64,000 bases of DNA from a candidate division WOR-3 bacterium. Lineage in GTDB: Bacteria; Hydrothermota; Tepidihabitantia; Tepidihabitantales; Tepidihabitantaceae. The notes beneath the pieces were generated by a model. The model saw nothing but the letters and a program-made list of their open reading frames with translations. It was not told the DNA's origin and ran no database searches. Both the position numbers and the translations under genes were made by a program. The stretch is taken from positions 160,406-224,405 of the forward strand of contig CBFGJX010000001.1 of the NCBI GenBank assembly GCA_965649225.1, given 5' to 3'. Shown here piece by piece: positions 28,848 through 38,420 of this stretch. Numbering within the stretch: position 1 is the first letter of the stretch; each line of letters starts with the position of its first letter.

Positions 28848-31652
28848 TCAGAACTCCAGCGCCACACCCAGTTTTACCTGTCGTGGCGCGTCCCAGTTGA
28901 TCGGATTGTCAACAAAATCGAGCCAGGCCATCTTGAACGCGATGTACTCCTCTTCGTCAGTGATGTAGCCATCGTGATTGCGGTCGCGCACCGGATTGTA
29001 GAGGCTGGTATTGAGGTTGGTGATATCGGCCACACCGGACCAGCCCAGCGGTGAGAGTGTCGCCGCATAGCCGTCATCATCCGGCCGGCCGGTCGCGCCG
29101 TAAACCCAGGTGATGTTCTGGTTGTTGAACAGATTGGTGACTACCAGCGTCAACCCGAGTCGTAGTGGTCCAATGCGGAAACGTTTGGCGGCATTCAGGT
29201 CAGCAGTAAAGCTGCCCGGCATTCGCGCCGAATTACGCTCGGCCGTCGGCCGGCCGGCATTGAGACCGCGCGCACCGACTTCCCGTGGCGTGTAGGGCAA
29301 GCCGGAGGCAACGCTGAAAAGCAACGAGCCGCTGAGGTCACGCGCCGGAACGAACGCAACATCACCCGGCACGTCCAGGCTCAGACTCAGCCGGGTATTG
29401 TGGGTCTGGTCGAACTCCAACGCATAGTCCCGACGGGGCGGCTCCATCTGCATGCCGGTAACCGGATCGGTTCCGTAGCGGTAGCGCTCGTAGTACCACT
29501 CATAGGTCGAAGACGCCGTGCCGCGGGCGATTGAAAGACCGTAGGTCACCCGGGCGCTCCAGTAGCGGTCAAGCAACCGCCGCAGACTGACCTCAAACCC
29601 CCGGACGCTGCCGTACTCTTCATTGACCAGCGGGAAGAATCCGGTCGGCACCGCCGGCTGAAACCGGGTGCCCATCAGGTCGAAAATGTCCTTGTAGTAG
29701 GCCGTGAAGTCGCCGACAACCAGCGGTGAAAACTGCTGCTCCAGCCCGAGCTCGTAGGCAATCGTCTGCTGAGCCAAGAGGTCCGGGTTGCCGATAATCT
29801 GGTTGCCGCGCGAATAGGCCGCGGTCGAGATATTGTCATAGAGGAAATGATAAGCCGGCGTCTGATAGAAGTGGCCGTAGGACAGCCGGAACTTGGTCGT
29901 GGTGGTTATCGGGAACGATACGCCCAGCCGCGGCGACACCTTGTACTTCAACGACGCCGCGACGGTCGAGGTGTCCTCGATGTTGGACGGGTTGGCCCGC
30001 TTGCGTACACTCGGGTCAAGGTAGTCGAGTCGCAGCCCGGCGCGTACGACCAGGTCTTCGAAGTCCATCCGGTCCTGCACGTAGGCAGCAGCGTTCACCG
30101 GGTTGACATCATAGGAATCAACAAACGGATTCGGGTCCCAGGGCAACGAGTTGTAGCGGCGATGCAGCGAATTCAGCCGCGTTTCGATGCCGGCCTTGAT
30201 CTCGTGCACCTTGCCGATGTTGTGAGTGATATCACCCTTCAGCGTCACTACTTCTGACCAGTGCAGCAGAAAGTAGCGATAATCACCCGAACCGTAGAAG
30301 AGATTGTAAACACCCCAGGGATTATTGGTGTTGACCTGCGACTGCTGAACATAGCCCGGCATCGGCCGGAACAACACGCTGTCATTGGCCAGCACCGAAT
30401 CCTCGGCCTTGAAGATGTAGTCCTCCCAGAAACGCACCCGCCAGTTGCGCTCGTTGGCTTCCCGTTCGAGGTCACGCACCGCCTGCACCCGCTGATTGTA
30501 GAAATAGCTCACCCGGGCGGTGTAGAAAGTGTTCTTGGTCAGCATGTGGTTGGCCGAAACGTTGCCTTTCCGCGCCCGTTCCCGCCGTGACAGATAGTGG
30601 TCGAGATTGTACTTGAATCCGAGGTGATTCTCGCTCTCCCGGTCTGAAGGATAAAGCTCATTCTGCTCCCGGGCAATGAACCCGTCGGCCGAAAGCCGCA
30701 GCCCCTCGTTCAACGGCAGCGAGTAGGTCAGCTTGCCGGTGAACTTGTAATCCTGCCGATTCTGGTGCGGCAGCTTGTAGCGCAGCGGTCGGTAGTCCTC
30801 GGCAAAATACAGCTCACCGGAAAGAAAGTAGCGCAGCCGCTGCAGGCCGGGCAGCGGACCGCCCAGCGATGCCTCGATCCGGTTATCACCAAAGCTGGCT
30901 GGTCCGGGCATGAATTCATCGGTAACCCAGCCGAGCCGGCCGGAGAAATTCTCCCGGCCCTCCTTGGTGATGACCTGAACGATTCCCGACATCGCCTCGC
31001 CGTACTCGGCGTCGAAGCCTCCGGAAATAACAACGACCTCCGCGGTTGCGCCCGGATTCACCCGTGCTGCCTGATAACCGTAGAGCGGATCGGAAGTGGC
31101 AACGCCATCAACGAAATAGGCTACCTCGTCCGGCCGGCCGCCACGGATGTGCTGCCCCTGAGTCGCGCTGACGACCACGCCGGTCTGCAGCCGGACAATG
31201 TCGGCCAGTGTCGCAACCGGCAGCTTGGCGATTTCCTCGCTGCCCATCGTCTGGCTGGTGGCAGCGACCGTCCGGACAATCGGCGGCGGGGTGCTCTTGA
31301 CTTCGACCACGCCCATCTCAATCCGCTCGGCGCTGAGTGCGAAGTCCTCGGTTATCGTCTGGTCAACGATGACCAGCACATCGGTCTTGCGCACCGTCTG
31401 ATAGCTGATGTAGGAGGCGGTCACCGAAACCCGTCCGACCGGGACGTTGGCAATCAGATACTCACCCTTGGCATCGGTTGCCGCGCCCAGGTCGGTGCCT
31501 TCGATGACCACGTTCGCTCCGACCAGCGGTTCCCGGGTCTTGGCATCCACAACCCGTCCCCGTATCCGGCCGGTCTGACTGGCCAGGGCCGTTGCCGTCA
31601 GCAGGATTGCCAGACAGACAACCGCCCGGCTGAAAATGGTCCTGCGATTCAT
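28848..31652 (-). CDS. TonB-dependent receptor with an N-terminal carboxypeptidase-regulatory-like domain
   Basis: GRIRGRVVDAKTREPLVGANV; plug HIRGGRPDEVAYFVDG, GGFDAEYG; SPRLG; terminal ALEF. Confidence 0.92.
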   Translation of the reverse strand: MNRRTIFSRAVVCLAILLTATALASQTGRIRGRVVDAKTREPLVGANVVIEGTDLGAATDAKGEYLIANVPVGRVSVTASYISYQTVRKTDVLVIVDQTITEDFALSAERIEMGVVEVKSTPPPIVRTVAATSQTMGSEEIAKLPVATLADIVRLQTGVVVSATQGQHIRGGRPDEVAYFVDGVATSDPLYGYQAARVNPGATAEVVVISGGFDAEYGEAMSGIVQVITKEGRENFSGRLGWVTDEFMPGPASFGDNRIEASLGGPLPGLQRLRYFLSGELYFAEDYRPLRYKLPHQNRQDYKFTGKLTYSLPLNEGLRLSADGFIAREQNELYPSDRESENHLGFKYNLDHYLSRRERARKGNVSANHMLTKNTFYTARVSYFYNQRVQAVRDLEREANERNWRVRFWEDYIFKAEDSVLANDSVLFRPMPGYVQQSQVNTNNPWGVYNLFYGSGDYRYFLLHWSEVVTLKGDITHNIGKVHEIKAGIETRLNSLHRRYNSLPWDPNPFVDSYDVNPVNAAAYVQDRMDFEDLVVRAGLRLDYLDPSVRKRANPSNIEDTSTVAASLKYKVSPRLGVSFPITTTTKFRLSYGHFYQTPAYHFLYDNISTAAYSRGNQIIGNPDLLAQQTIAYELGLEQQFSPLVVGDFTAYYKDIFDLMGTRFQPAVPTGFFPLVNEEYGSVRGFEVSLRRLLDRYWSARVTYGLSIARGTASSTYEWYYERYRYGTDPVTGMQMEPPRRDYALEFDQTHNTRLSLSLDVPGDVAFVPARDLSGSLLFSVASGLPYTPREVGARGLNAGRPTAERNSARMPGSFTADLNAAKRFRIGPLRLGLTLVVTNLFNNQNITWVYGATGRPDDDGYAATLSPLGWSGVADITNLNTSLYNPVRDRNHDGYITDEEEYIAFKMAWLDFVDNPINWDAPRQVKLGVALEF

Positions 31653-31661
31653 CTGCCCTCC

Positions 31662-32768
31662 TTACTGTGCTTCGACCCGGACCGGAATCGCCCAGATCGT
31701 GCTCGTATAGGGACTGCCGGTATAGTAGAGATTGGAGTTGGGCACCAGCTCAACGTAGATGTGGCTGTAACCAGGTTGGGTGAAGCTGAAATCCGCCCCA
31801 CCGTTCAGAGCGTTAATCGTTACGTCCCGCCGGCGTCCCTCAACGGTCAGGAAGAACCGGTTCTTGTCCTGCCCGGTATCAGCCGGAGTCCGTGCCCGGA
31901 CATCGAGCCGGATCAGCTCATTCGCCCGAACCGTGTAAATCTGTTCCAGCGGCCGCAGATTGTAGACTGCGCGGCCGTCCGGTCGCGGTGTATAGAAAAA
32001 CGTATCGCTGACACCGGGGCGTGACAACACCAGATACGACACCCCCGGAGCATCCTGCGTGCTGGGCACGAAACTGGCAAATCCTGTCAGCTTGGTCAGC
32101 CTGTACCCGGAATCGGTCTTGGGGAGAAACAGCACCCGTCTGGTCCGCCAGTCAAAGACCTTGAAGGTGTCCTGCGGCGTGTCAAATCCCCGCACCTCGA
32201 TCGACCCGACGCGCCAGCGCACGGTTGAATCGGGTTGGGTATCGGGTCGAAATGTCACAATCCAGAGACTGTCGTAAACAAAGTGCACGCGCCCGGCAAC
32301 CAGCGAATCCCAGCGCCACACTTCACAGAAGGTATCGGTCATCGCCACCGTATCAACCGTCACGCCGAACTTGAACTCTTCCCGGTATGCCGCCGCCGGC
32401 TCTTCGACACTGAGCGCCAGCAGCCGGCGGAACTTGCACAGGGTTGCGCCATCACTGGACAGGGTATCGCCACTCGTCAGCGGAATCAGCAGACCGAGTC
32501 GAAAGCTGTCCGCCAGTGCCTGACGAGCATCAAGAAAACCCGACCACGGCGCCAGCTCCGCCCGCACTGCCGCTGAATCCTCACTGGTCCACCACTGCCA
32601 GTTGGCCGGTGGTTCCTTTCCGCACCCTCCCAGAAAAAACACCACACTCTGCGCCAGCAGAACCGCCAGGCCAATCGCAGCAATCCGGAGCCGGCGCATT
32701 CGCCGACATGCCGACTCTGGCTGATTGTTGGCGGTTCGATTTTGGCGAGGCACCAGTTTTGCCATCAT
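31662..32768 (-). CDS. Hypothetical lipoprotein
   Basis: AAGGAGG RBS; hydrophobic stretch ending FFLGGC (lipobox-like); beta-rich body. Confidence 0.7.
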   Translation of the reverse strand: MMAKLVPRQNRTANNQPESACRRMRRLRIAAIGLAVLLAQSVVFFLGGCGKEPPANWQWWTSEDSAAVRAELAPWSGFLDARQALADSFRLGLLIPLTSGDTLSSDGATLCKFRRLLALSVEEPAAAYREEFKFGVTVDTVAMTDTFCEVWRWDSLVAGRVHFVYDSLWIVTFRPDTQPDSTVRWRVGSIEVRGFDTPQDTFKVFDWRTRRVLFLPKTDSGYRLTKLTGFASFVPSTQDAPGVSYLVLSRPGVSDTFFYTPRPDGRAVYNLRPLEQIYTVRANELIRLDVRARTPADTGQDKNRFFLTVEGRRRDVTINALNGGADFSFTQPGYSHIYVELVPNSNLYYTGSPYTSTIWAIPVRVEAQ

Positions 32769-32849
32769 TGCCTCCTTGACCCGTACCGCCGGTATCATCG
32801 CCCAGCAGGATGACGGTCGCTCCCTACCGGCGGTTGTTCGATTCGAGCT

Positions 32850-32886
32850 AAAAGAACTGCGGGGCGGGCATCGCTGCCCGCCCCGC
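32850..32886 (-). terminator. Intrinsic terminator after the T9SS-CTD gene
   Basis: 12-bp stem GCGGGGCGGGCA/TGCCCGCCCCGC followed by AGTTCTTTT on the minus strand. Confidence 0.75.
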
Positions 32887-32895
32887 TATAGACAA

Positions 32896-34623
32896 CTACC
32901 GGGCGACGGTGAGTTTCCTCGTTACCGAAGTCTCGTCCGTAGTGAGAGTGTAGAAGTAGACGCCGTTTGTCACCCGGCTGGCATCCCAGGTCGCATTGTA
33001 ACGACCGGCCGCCACTTTGCCGTTGACCAGCGTCGCCACCGGTCGGCCTGCGGCATCAAACACCTGCAGGCTGACATTGCCCGCTTTCGGCAGGGCGTAG
33101 CTGATCCGCGTCCGCGCGGTCACCGGATTGGGTGACGCAGCGAGCTCGACCCGGGTCGGCACGCCCGGCCGCTCGGCAACGCCGCCGGTCGGGTAGTAGA
33201 TCTTCTGGACGACGTAGGGGTTGTTCGTGGCGGTTCCCTGGTTCTGAATCACGAAACCGGCCTGCAAGTCCATCTCGTAGAGCACCATCACCGTGTCATT
33301 GACAACCGGGTCGGCCAGCGCCGGGAACCGGCAGCTCGCTGTGGTCCGGTCGGTGAGCTTCAACGCCTGGGTCCAGGTCGCGCCGCCATCATTGGAGTAA
33401 GCATGCCAGATGTCGGCACGGAGCAGGTTGGTGACCGGCTCGACATTGGTGCCGTCGAACTGCTCCCAAACGACGTGCAGCTTGCTCGGATCACCGTGAA
33501 CCTGAGCGATCTGAGGCCGGCAGGCAAACATCGCATTGTAGCCAACCGCCGCCAGCAGTGAGTCGGTGTCGGCCCGGTGAATCTGACGCCAGCCGAGCGA
33601 CGAAGTCCAGTGATAAAGCACCGCCGGCAGAATGTAACCGGTATCACGGACCACCGGCATGACGTTGGTCACGAAATGCAGGTTGTCGTCGGAATCATAC
33701 CACGGGAAGATGCCGGTGATATGGAACGACGGCGTCGTGTCCGGCCCGTAAGGGTTGGGAATCGGAATCTCGGTCGGCGGACCCCAGGTCGCGCCACCGT
33801 CCGGTGACTCGCGGTAGTAACCGGGATTGATTGATCCGGCTTCGTCACTGAAAACCCAGGTGATGCAGACCTTGTCGCTGACCTTGGAAGCAGCAATGCC
33901 CTGGGTCGGGAAGGTCGGATTGGGCTGTGGCGGGCAGACCTCGATCGGGGTGTCCCAGTTGCACCAGCTCGTTGCCCGCGAGTAGTAGAGATTGTTACGG
34001 CTGGCGTCATCAACCAGTGCCAGATGGATCGTCTGGTTCTGCCCGACATCCACCGGCGGCCAGAGGTAACCGGTCAGGGTCGGCTCACCGGTGCAGTAGT
34101 CGAAGATGCCTGCACCCGGCGCGACGTCACGGGCAACCACCGGGTAGATCGCGCCCTGGTGAGTGGAAGCCACAGCTACGCCGGTAACCGGGTCAGCAGA
34201 AAGACCACCGAATCCGGAACGCGCCGCGAAGATGTTGATGCCCGACTGCATGTAGTCGGCGTCAATCCAGTTCCAGGAATGGGTGGCGAAGTCGTAGAAG
34301 TTGTAACGTTCGTTCCTGTCGGTGAAGCCGCTCGGCTGGGTCGAGAACATCCACATTGCATGCACGCCGTAGTCCGGCGAAGTCACCAGCATGCGGTAGC
34401 CGGGGCCGTTGAACCCCCAGTCGTAGGTAGTGCCGCCAATCGTGTCAACCGTACCGACGACAGCAACGCTGCCACTGGCCGGCACTGATGACTCGTTACG
34501 TTCCAGCACCGGTGCCGGCGCCGTGACTGCGTTGTCAGGCGCAATCGCGGTAACCGGACGGTTGTTCCCCGCCGCCAGCAGCATCGCCGGCACGAGCAGG
34601 GTAAGACAGACTAGGTTACGCAT
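32896..34623 (-). CDS. Secreted BNR/Asp-box-containing protein with a T9SS type-A C-terminal domain
   Basis: AGGAGG RBS; signal peptide; Asp-boxes SPDGGATW and SNDGGATW; CTD ASPNPV...VFDAAGRPV...WDAS...GVYFY...RKLTV. Confidence 0.85.
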   Translation of the reverse strand: MRNLVCLTLLVPAMLLAAGNNRPVTAIAPDNAVTAPAPVLERNESSVPASGSVAVVGTVDTIGGTTYDWGFNGPGYRMLVTSPDYGVHAMWMFSTQPSGFTDRNERYNFYDFATHSWNWIDADYMQSGINIFAARSGFGGLSADPVTGVAVASTHQGAIYPVVARDVAPGAGIFDYCTGEPTLTGYLWPPVDVGQNQTIHLALVDDASRNNLYYSRATSWCNWDTPIEVCPPQPNPTFPTQGIAASKVSDKVCITWVFSDEAGSINPGYYRESPDGGATWGPPTEIPIPNPYGPDTTPSFHITGIFPWYDSDDNLHFVTNVMPVVRDTGYILPAVLYHWTSSLGWRQIHRADTDSLLAAVGYNAMFACRPQIAQVHGDPSKLHVVWEQFDGTNVEPVTNLLRADIWHAYSNDGGATWTQALKLTDRTTASCRFPALADPVVNDTVMVLYEMDLQAGFVIQNQGTATNNPYVVQKIYYPTGGVAERPGVPTRVELAASPNPVTARTRISYALPKAGNVSLQVFDAAGRPVATLVNGKVAAGRYNATWDASRVTNGVYFYTLTTDETSVTRKLTVAR

Positions 34624-34737
34624 CGGTCTCCTCCTTTGGTCTGTTTGCGTCAGACATTCCTTTCCGGCAGTTCTCCGACGATCGCTGTGCTGCGGTCGCC
34701 CGCCGGCTGCTCGGTCCTTTGTTTCCGCCATTTCAAA

Positions 34738-35367
34738 CTATTGAGTCAGCGTGAAGCGGAACGGTATCGACACCCACACCCGGACAGCCTGGTCACGCTG
34801 TTTCGCCGGGGAGAATGTCGCCCGCATTGCCGCCTCGACCGCTGCCTGGTCAAGAGCGGTATTGCCCGAACTCTTCAGAATCCGCGCATCCGCAACCTTG
34901 CCATCAACATCAACCAGTGCTTCAACAACTGCCTGACCTTCAATGCCGGCGGTCCGGGCCATTTCCGGGTAATTCGGCACCGGGATGTTGATCGGCTTGG
35001 GCTTGACCTCAACCTTCCAGAACGGAACAACCGGGATATCAGTATCGGTTGTCCGCCGCACAACTTCCTGGAAAGTCGTGGTTTCTATCGTCTGGGCCTC
35101 AACTTCGGCCTCGTTCTCAGCCGCTACCGGCACGCTCTGGGGCCGCTCGACCTTTGGCTCCTCGGCCATCTTTTCAAGCTGCGGCGGCAAAGCCTCCATT
35201 ACCATTTCAATCGACCGCCGCAACTGATAAGGTTTGACCTCGAACTCACGCGGCAGCAACAGAAACGCACCGAGGCAGATTATCAGTGCGGCAACTGCCG
35301 CCAGGCGCAGTGCCACCGCATAGTAGCGGTCTTCCCATGCCAGGGCTTCGATTCCGGTGTAAGGCAT
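34738..35367 (-). CDS. tonB: Energy transducer TonB
   Basis: Single TM; PNYPEMARTAGIEGQ, SSGNTALDQAA, FSPAKQ, IPFRFTL. Confidence 0.92.
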   Translation of the reverse strand: MPYTGIEALAWEDRYYAVALRLAAVAALIICLGAFLLLPREFEVKPYQLRRSIEMVMEALPPQLEKMAEEPKVERPQSVPVAAENEAEVEAQTIETTTFQEVVRRTTDTDIPVVPFWKVEVKPKPINIPVPNYPEMARTAGIEGQAVVEALVDVDGKVADARILKSSGNTALDQAAVEAAMRATFSPAKQRDQAVRVWVSIPFRFTLTQ

Positions 35368-35792
35368 TATGAACCTCCGCCCCCAACCTTGTACTCAGTA
35401 CCGAAAGTCACTTTCAAGGCTCTGGCGTCCTTCAGCCCTTCCAGTACATCGGTAACGTACCCGTAGGCGACGTCCTTGTCAGCCTGCAGCATCACGACGA
35501 GGTCGGGGTTCTGAATGATTTTTTCCCCAATTATCGCCGGGACGGCCGAAACCGATACGAGATTGTCGCTGATACTGATACGACCGGTTCGGTCAATCCA
35601 GATGTTTTCGACGTTGCGGCGTTTCAGAATCCGCTCTGTCTTCTCCGCCGCCGGCAGTGTCACCTTCAACCCCGAACCTTGGCGGAAAGTCGTTGAAACC
35701 ATGAAAAAGATGATCAGCAGAAAGGCGATGTCGCCGGTCGATGCCGTCGGCAGATCAGGGTTGGTTACCCGCTTCTCGGCAATCCGTCTCAT
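35367..35792 (-). CDS. exbD: ExbD/TolR biopolymer transporter
   Basis: DIAFLLIIFFMV, LQADKDVAYG. Confidence 0.92.
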   Translation of the reverse strand: MRRIAEKRVTNPDLPTASTGDIAFLLIIFFMVSTTFRQGSGLKVTLPAAEKTERILKRRNVENIWIDRTGRISISDNLVSVSAVPAIIGEKIIQNPDLVVMLQADKDVAYGYVTDVLEGLKDARALKVTFGTEYKVGGGGS

Positions 35793-36214
35793 CCACCCTC
35801 CTCGCCGATCACCGGTGCCAGGCTGATACGCTCGGCATTGGCCATTTTCAGCTGGTCAAAAACCTGGATCATCGTCTGGTAGGGAGCGCGACGGCTGACC
35901 CGCAGGGCAATCGCCAGATCCTTGTTCGCCGCCAGTCGCGCCTCAATCAGCCCTCGGACTTCGGGAATCTGAACAACCTGGTTGTCAACCAGTACTTCTC
36001 CCGCCTGACTGACGGCAACGACCAGAACGTTCTCGGCTTTGATCTTCACCGCCTCGCCCTTCTCGGGCAGGACGATCTTCAGACCCTTTTCGCGCGCGAA
36101 AATACTCGTTGCCATGAAGAATATGATGATCAAAAAGGCGATGTCGCCGGTCGATGCCGTCGGGATTGTCGGCTGAGCCTGATTACGGCTGCGATTCCTC
36201 AGGCCAATCGCCAT
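35789..36214 (-). CDS. exbD: ExbD/TolR biopolymer transporter
   Basis: DIAFLIIIFFMA, APYQTMIQVFDQL. Confidence 0.92.
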   Translation of the reverse strand: MAIGLRNRSRNQAQPTIPTASTGDIAFLIIIFFMATSIFAREKGLKIVLPEKGEAVKIKAENVLVVAVSQAGEVLVDNQVVQIPEVRGLIEARLAANKDLAIALRVSRRAPYQTMIQVFDQLKMANAERISLAPVIGEEGG

Positions 36215-36223
36215 CTGGTCACC

Positions 36224-36841
36224 CTACATCTTTCCGGTCTTGGCAATCACGGCGTCGAGCAGTTGTGCCGACGAAGACTCCATGTCGCGCAGGTATCCGT
36301 TGATGCGTCCCTGGAACAGGATAACGACAATCGCCAGCGGCGCCGCTATCATCAATCCCCACTTCGTCGTTATCAGCGCCTCGGAGATACCACTGGCCAC
36401 AACGGTCGGGTCAACTTCACCGACCGCGGCGACCGCCCGGAAGGCGCCAATCATGCCGGTAACCGTACCGAGGAAACCAAAAAACGGCGCCACGGTGGTC
36501 AGACCAGCCAGCAGCGGCATGCCCCGGTCAAGAAATGCCAGTTCCGAAGTGCCAGCGGCGATGATAGCATCTTCCATCGCTGTCTTGCCCATGTCGGCCT
36601 TGAGCAATGCCGCCCGCAGAACCCGGGCGACCGGATTCTTGCTCTTTTCACACAGAGCAAGTCCCGCCTGCACCCCTTGCTTTTCCACGGCCTGAATGAC
36701 CTGCTGACTGAACTTCTTCACGTCGACATTGAGTCGGATAAACAGCGTGAAGATTCGCTCCAGCGTCAACGCAATACCGATCACAGCACATGCGAGCAGG
36801 AACCACATCGTTCCGCCGCCGGCTTGGAATTCCTGTATCAC
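36224..36841 (-). CDS. exbB: MotA/TolQ/ExbB proton channel
   Basis: APFFGFLGTVTGMI, GISEALITT. Confidence 0.94.
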   Translation of the reverse strand: MIQEFQAGGGTMWFLLACAVIGIALTLERIFTLFIRLNVDVKKFSQQVIQAVEKQGVQAGLALCEKSKNPVARVLRAALLKADMGKTAMEDAIIAAGTSELAFLDRGMPLLAGLTTVAPFFGFLGTVTGMIGAFRAVAAVGEVDPTVVASGISEALITTKWGLMIAAPLAIVVILFQGRINGYLRDMESSSAQLLDAVIAKTGKM

Positions 36842-36883
36842 TCAATCCTCCTTGGAATGATTCTCTACAGGACTCAGTAACCT

Positions 36884-36911
36884 AATTTAGCACCCCGCTG
36901 CCGGTTGTCAA
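36884..36911 (-). promoter_or_regulatory. Promoter for the exbB operon
   Basis: TTGACA-N16-TAAATT, with TG at the extended -10 position. Confidence 0.65.
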
Positions 36912-37012
36912 GCGACAGTCTGATGCGCTGTGCCACAGACCCGGCACGGGCCACAATAATAACGACAGCGACCGGGTTGGCAAGCCCGTAATCGCCCCCG
37001 AGAGCGGCCGGT

Positions 37013-37041
37013 TTGACTCTCCCTGTTCTGTCGGCTATCTT
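37013..37041 (+). promoter_or_regulatory. Divergent promoter for the M16 peptidase pair
   Basis: TTGACT-N17-TATCTT. Confidence 0.55.
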
Positions 37042-37109
37042 CAGACTGTCGCTGCTGACCGCACCGGCACCAGCAGGCTGCGTGGTCAGCGAAGAAAAGA
37101 GGTAACCGG

Positions 37110-38420
37110 ATGTCAATCGTTCCTGCTCTTTTTCTGATTGCCGCCACAGTGTCGGGCGAGCTGCCGGCCCGGGTCAGCCAGTTCCGGCTGAAGAACGGCC
37201 TCGACGTGCTGGTCTATGTCGATTCCTCGGCCCCGGCGGTATCGGTCAACGTCTTCTACCGCATCGGTTCATACTACGAACCGACCGGCCAGACCGGCAT
37301 CTCGCACATGCTTGAACACATGACCTTCAAGCGAACTGACATCTACCAGCCAGGCGACTTCGATCGGATCGTTGACGAGGCGGGCGGCAACAACAATGGT
37401 TTCACCTCCACCTTTTACTCCGGCTACTACGAAAATCTCGCCCGCGACCGCTGGGAGGTTGGAATGAAGCTCGAGGCGGCACGCATGGGACGCTGCGTCT
37501 TCGTCGATTCTGAATTCACCAGCGAACATCAGGTCGTCATTGAAGAGCGCCGGCTGGGCGACAACCGGCCGACGTCGATGCTCTGGGAACAGTTCGAGGC
37601 AACCGCCTATCTTGCCAATCCGCAGCGCAACCCGACCATCGGCTGGATGGACGACGTCCGCCGCTTCAGGGTTGAGGCGATCCGCGACTGGTACCGCCGC
37701 TACTACAATCCTGCCAACGCAGTACTGGTTGTTGCCGGTGACGTCCGCCCTGAGGAAGTTCGCGCTCAGGCATCCAGGTACTTTGGCCGCCTGAAAGGAA
37801 ACCCGATCAGCTTGCCGGATTTCTACGATTCCGAGCCCGAACAAACCGGTGAACGCCGAATTACAGTGTACCGGCGCGTCAGCCAGCCCCAGCTGATCAT
37901 CGGCTACCGCTCACCCGGGGTCCGCGACAGCCTCTATTTCGCCGCCGAAGTCGCCGCCGGCATCCTCGGTTCAGGTCGAACCTCACGACTGTATCAACGG
38001 CTGGTCGTTCAGGACAAAATCGCCTCATCGGTTGCGGCCTGGAACTCGGTCCAGCGCGACCCCGGTCTGCTGATGATAAGCGTCACGCCGCTGGCCGAGA
38101 GCCTGATTCCCCATATCGAAGCTGCGATCAGCGAAGAGGTGTCCCGAATGCAGAATCAACCTGTCGGCGAACGCGAGCTGCAGCGTGTCCGCAACTCGGT
38201 AATCGCTGAGCAGTTTTTCTCCAAGGACGACATCAGTGATGTCGCTTACCTTCTCGCTCAATCTCACATCATTGAAGGTGACTGGCGCGCCTGGGCCGGT
38301 TATCCGGACCGGATTGAAGCAGTAACCGCCGCGAAGGTGCAGGATTTCTGCCAACGCCATCTGCAGCCGGAGCTTCGCACCATTGGCCTGCTGCTGTCCG
38401 ACCGGGAGAAGACAAAATGA
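37110..38420 (+). CDS. M16 (pitrilysin-family) zinc peptidase, catalytic subunit
   Basis: GISHMLEHMTF (HxxEH), NGFT, VIEER, YYNPANA; short hydrophobic N-terminus. Confidence 0.93.
   Translation: MSIVPALFLIAATVSGELPARVSQFRLKNGLDVLVYVDSSAPAVSVNVFYRIGSYYEPTGQTGISHMLEHMTFKRTDIYQPGDFDRIVDEAGGNNNGFTSTFYSGYYENLARDRWEVGMKLEAARMGRCVFVDSEFTSEHQVVIEERRLGDNRPTSMLWEQFEATAYLANPQRNPTIGWMDDVRRFRVEAIRDWYRRYYNPANAVLVVAGDVRPEEVRAQASRYFGRLKGNPISLPDFYDSEPEQTGERRITVYRRVSQPQLIIGYRSPGVRDSLYFAAEVAAGILGSGRTSRLYQRLVVQDKIASSVAAWNSVQRDPGLLMISVTPLAESLIPHIEAAISEEVSRMQNQPVGERELQRVRNSVIAEQFFSKDDISDVAYLLAQSHIIEGDWRAWAGYPDRIEAVTAAKVQDFCQRHLQPELRTIGLLLSDREKTK

Noticed and set aside
34624..34731. N-terminal extension of the CTD protein
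   Set aside because: The AGGAGG RBS and signal peptide place the start at 34623.
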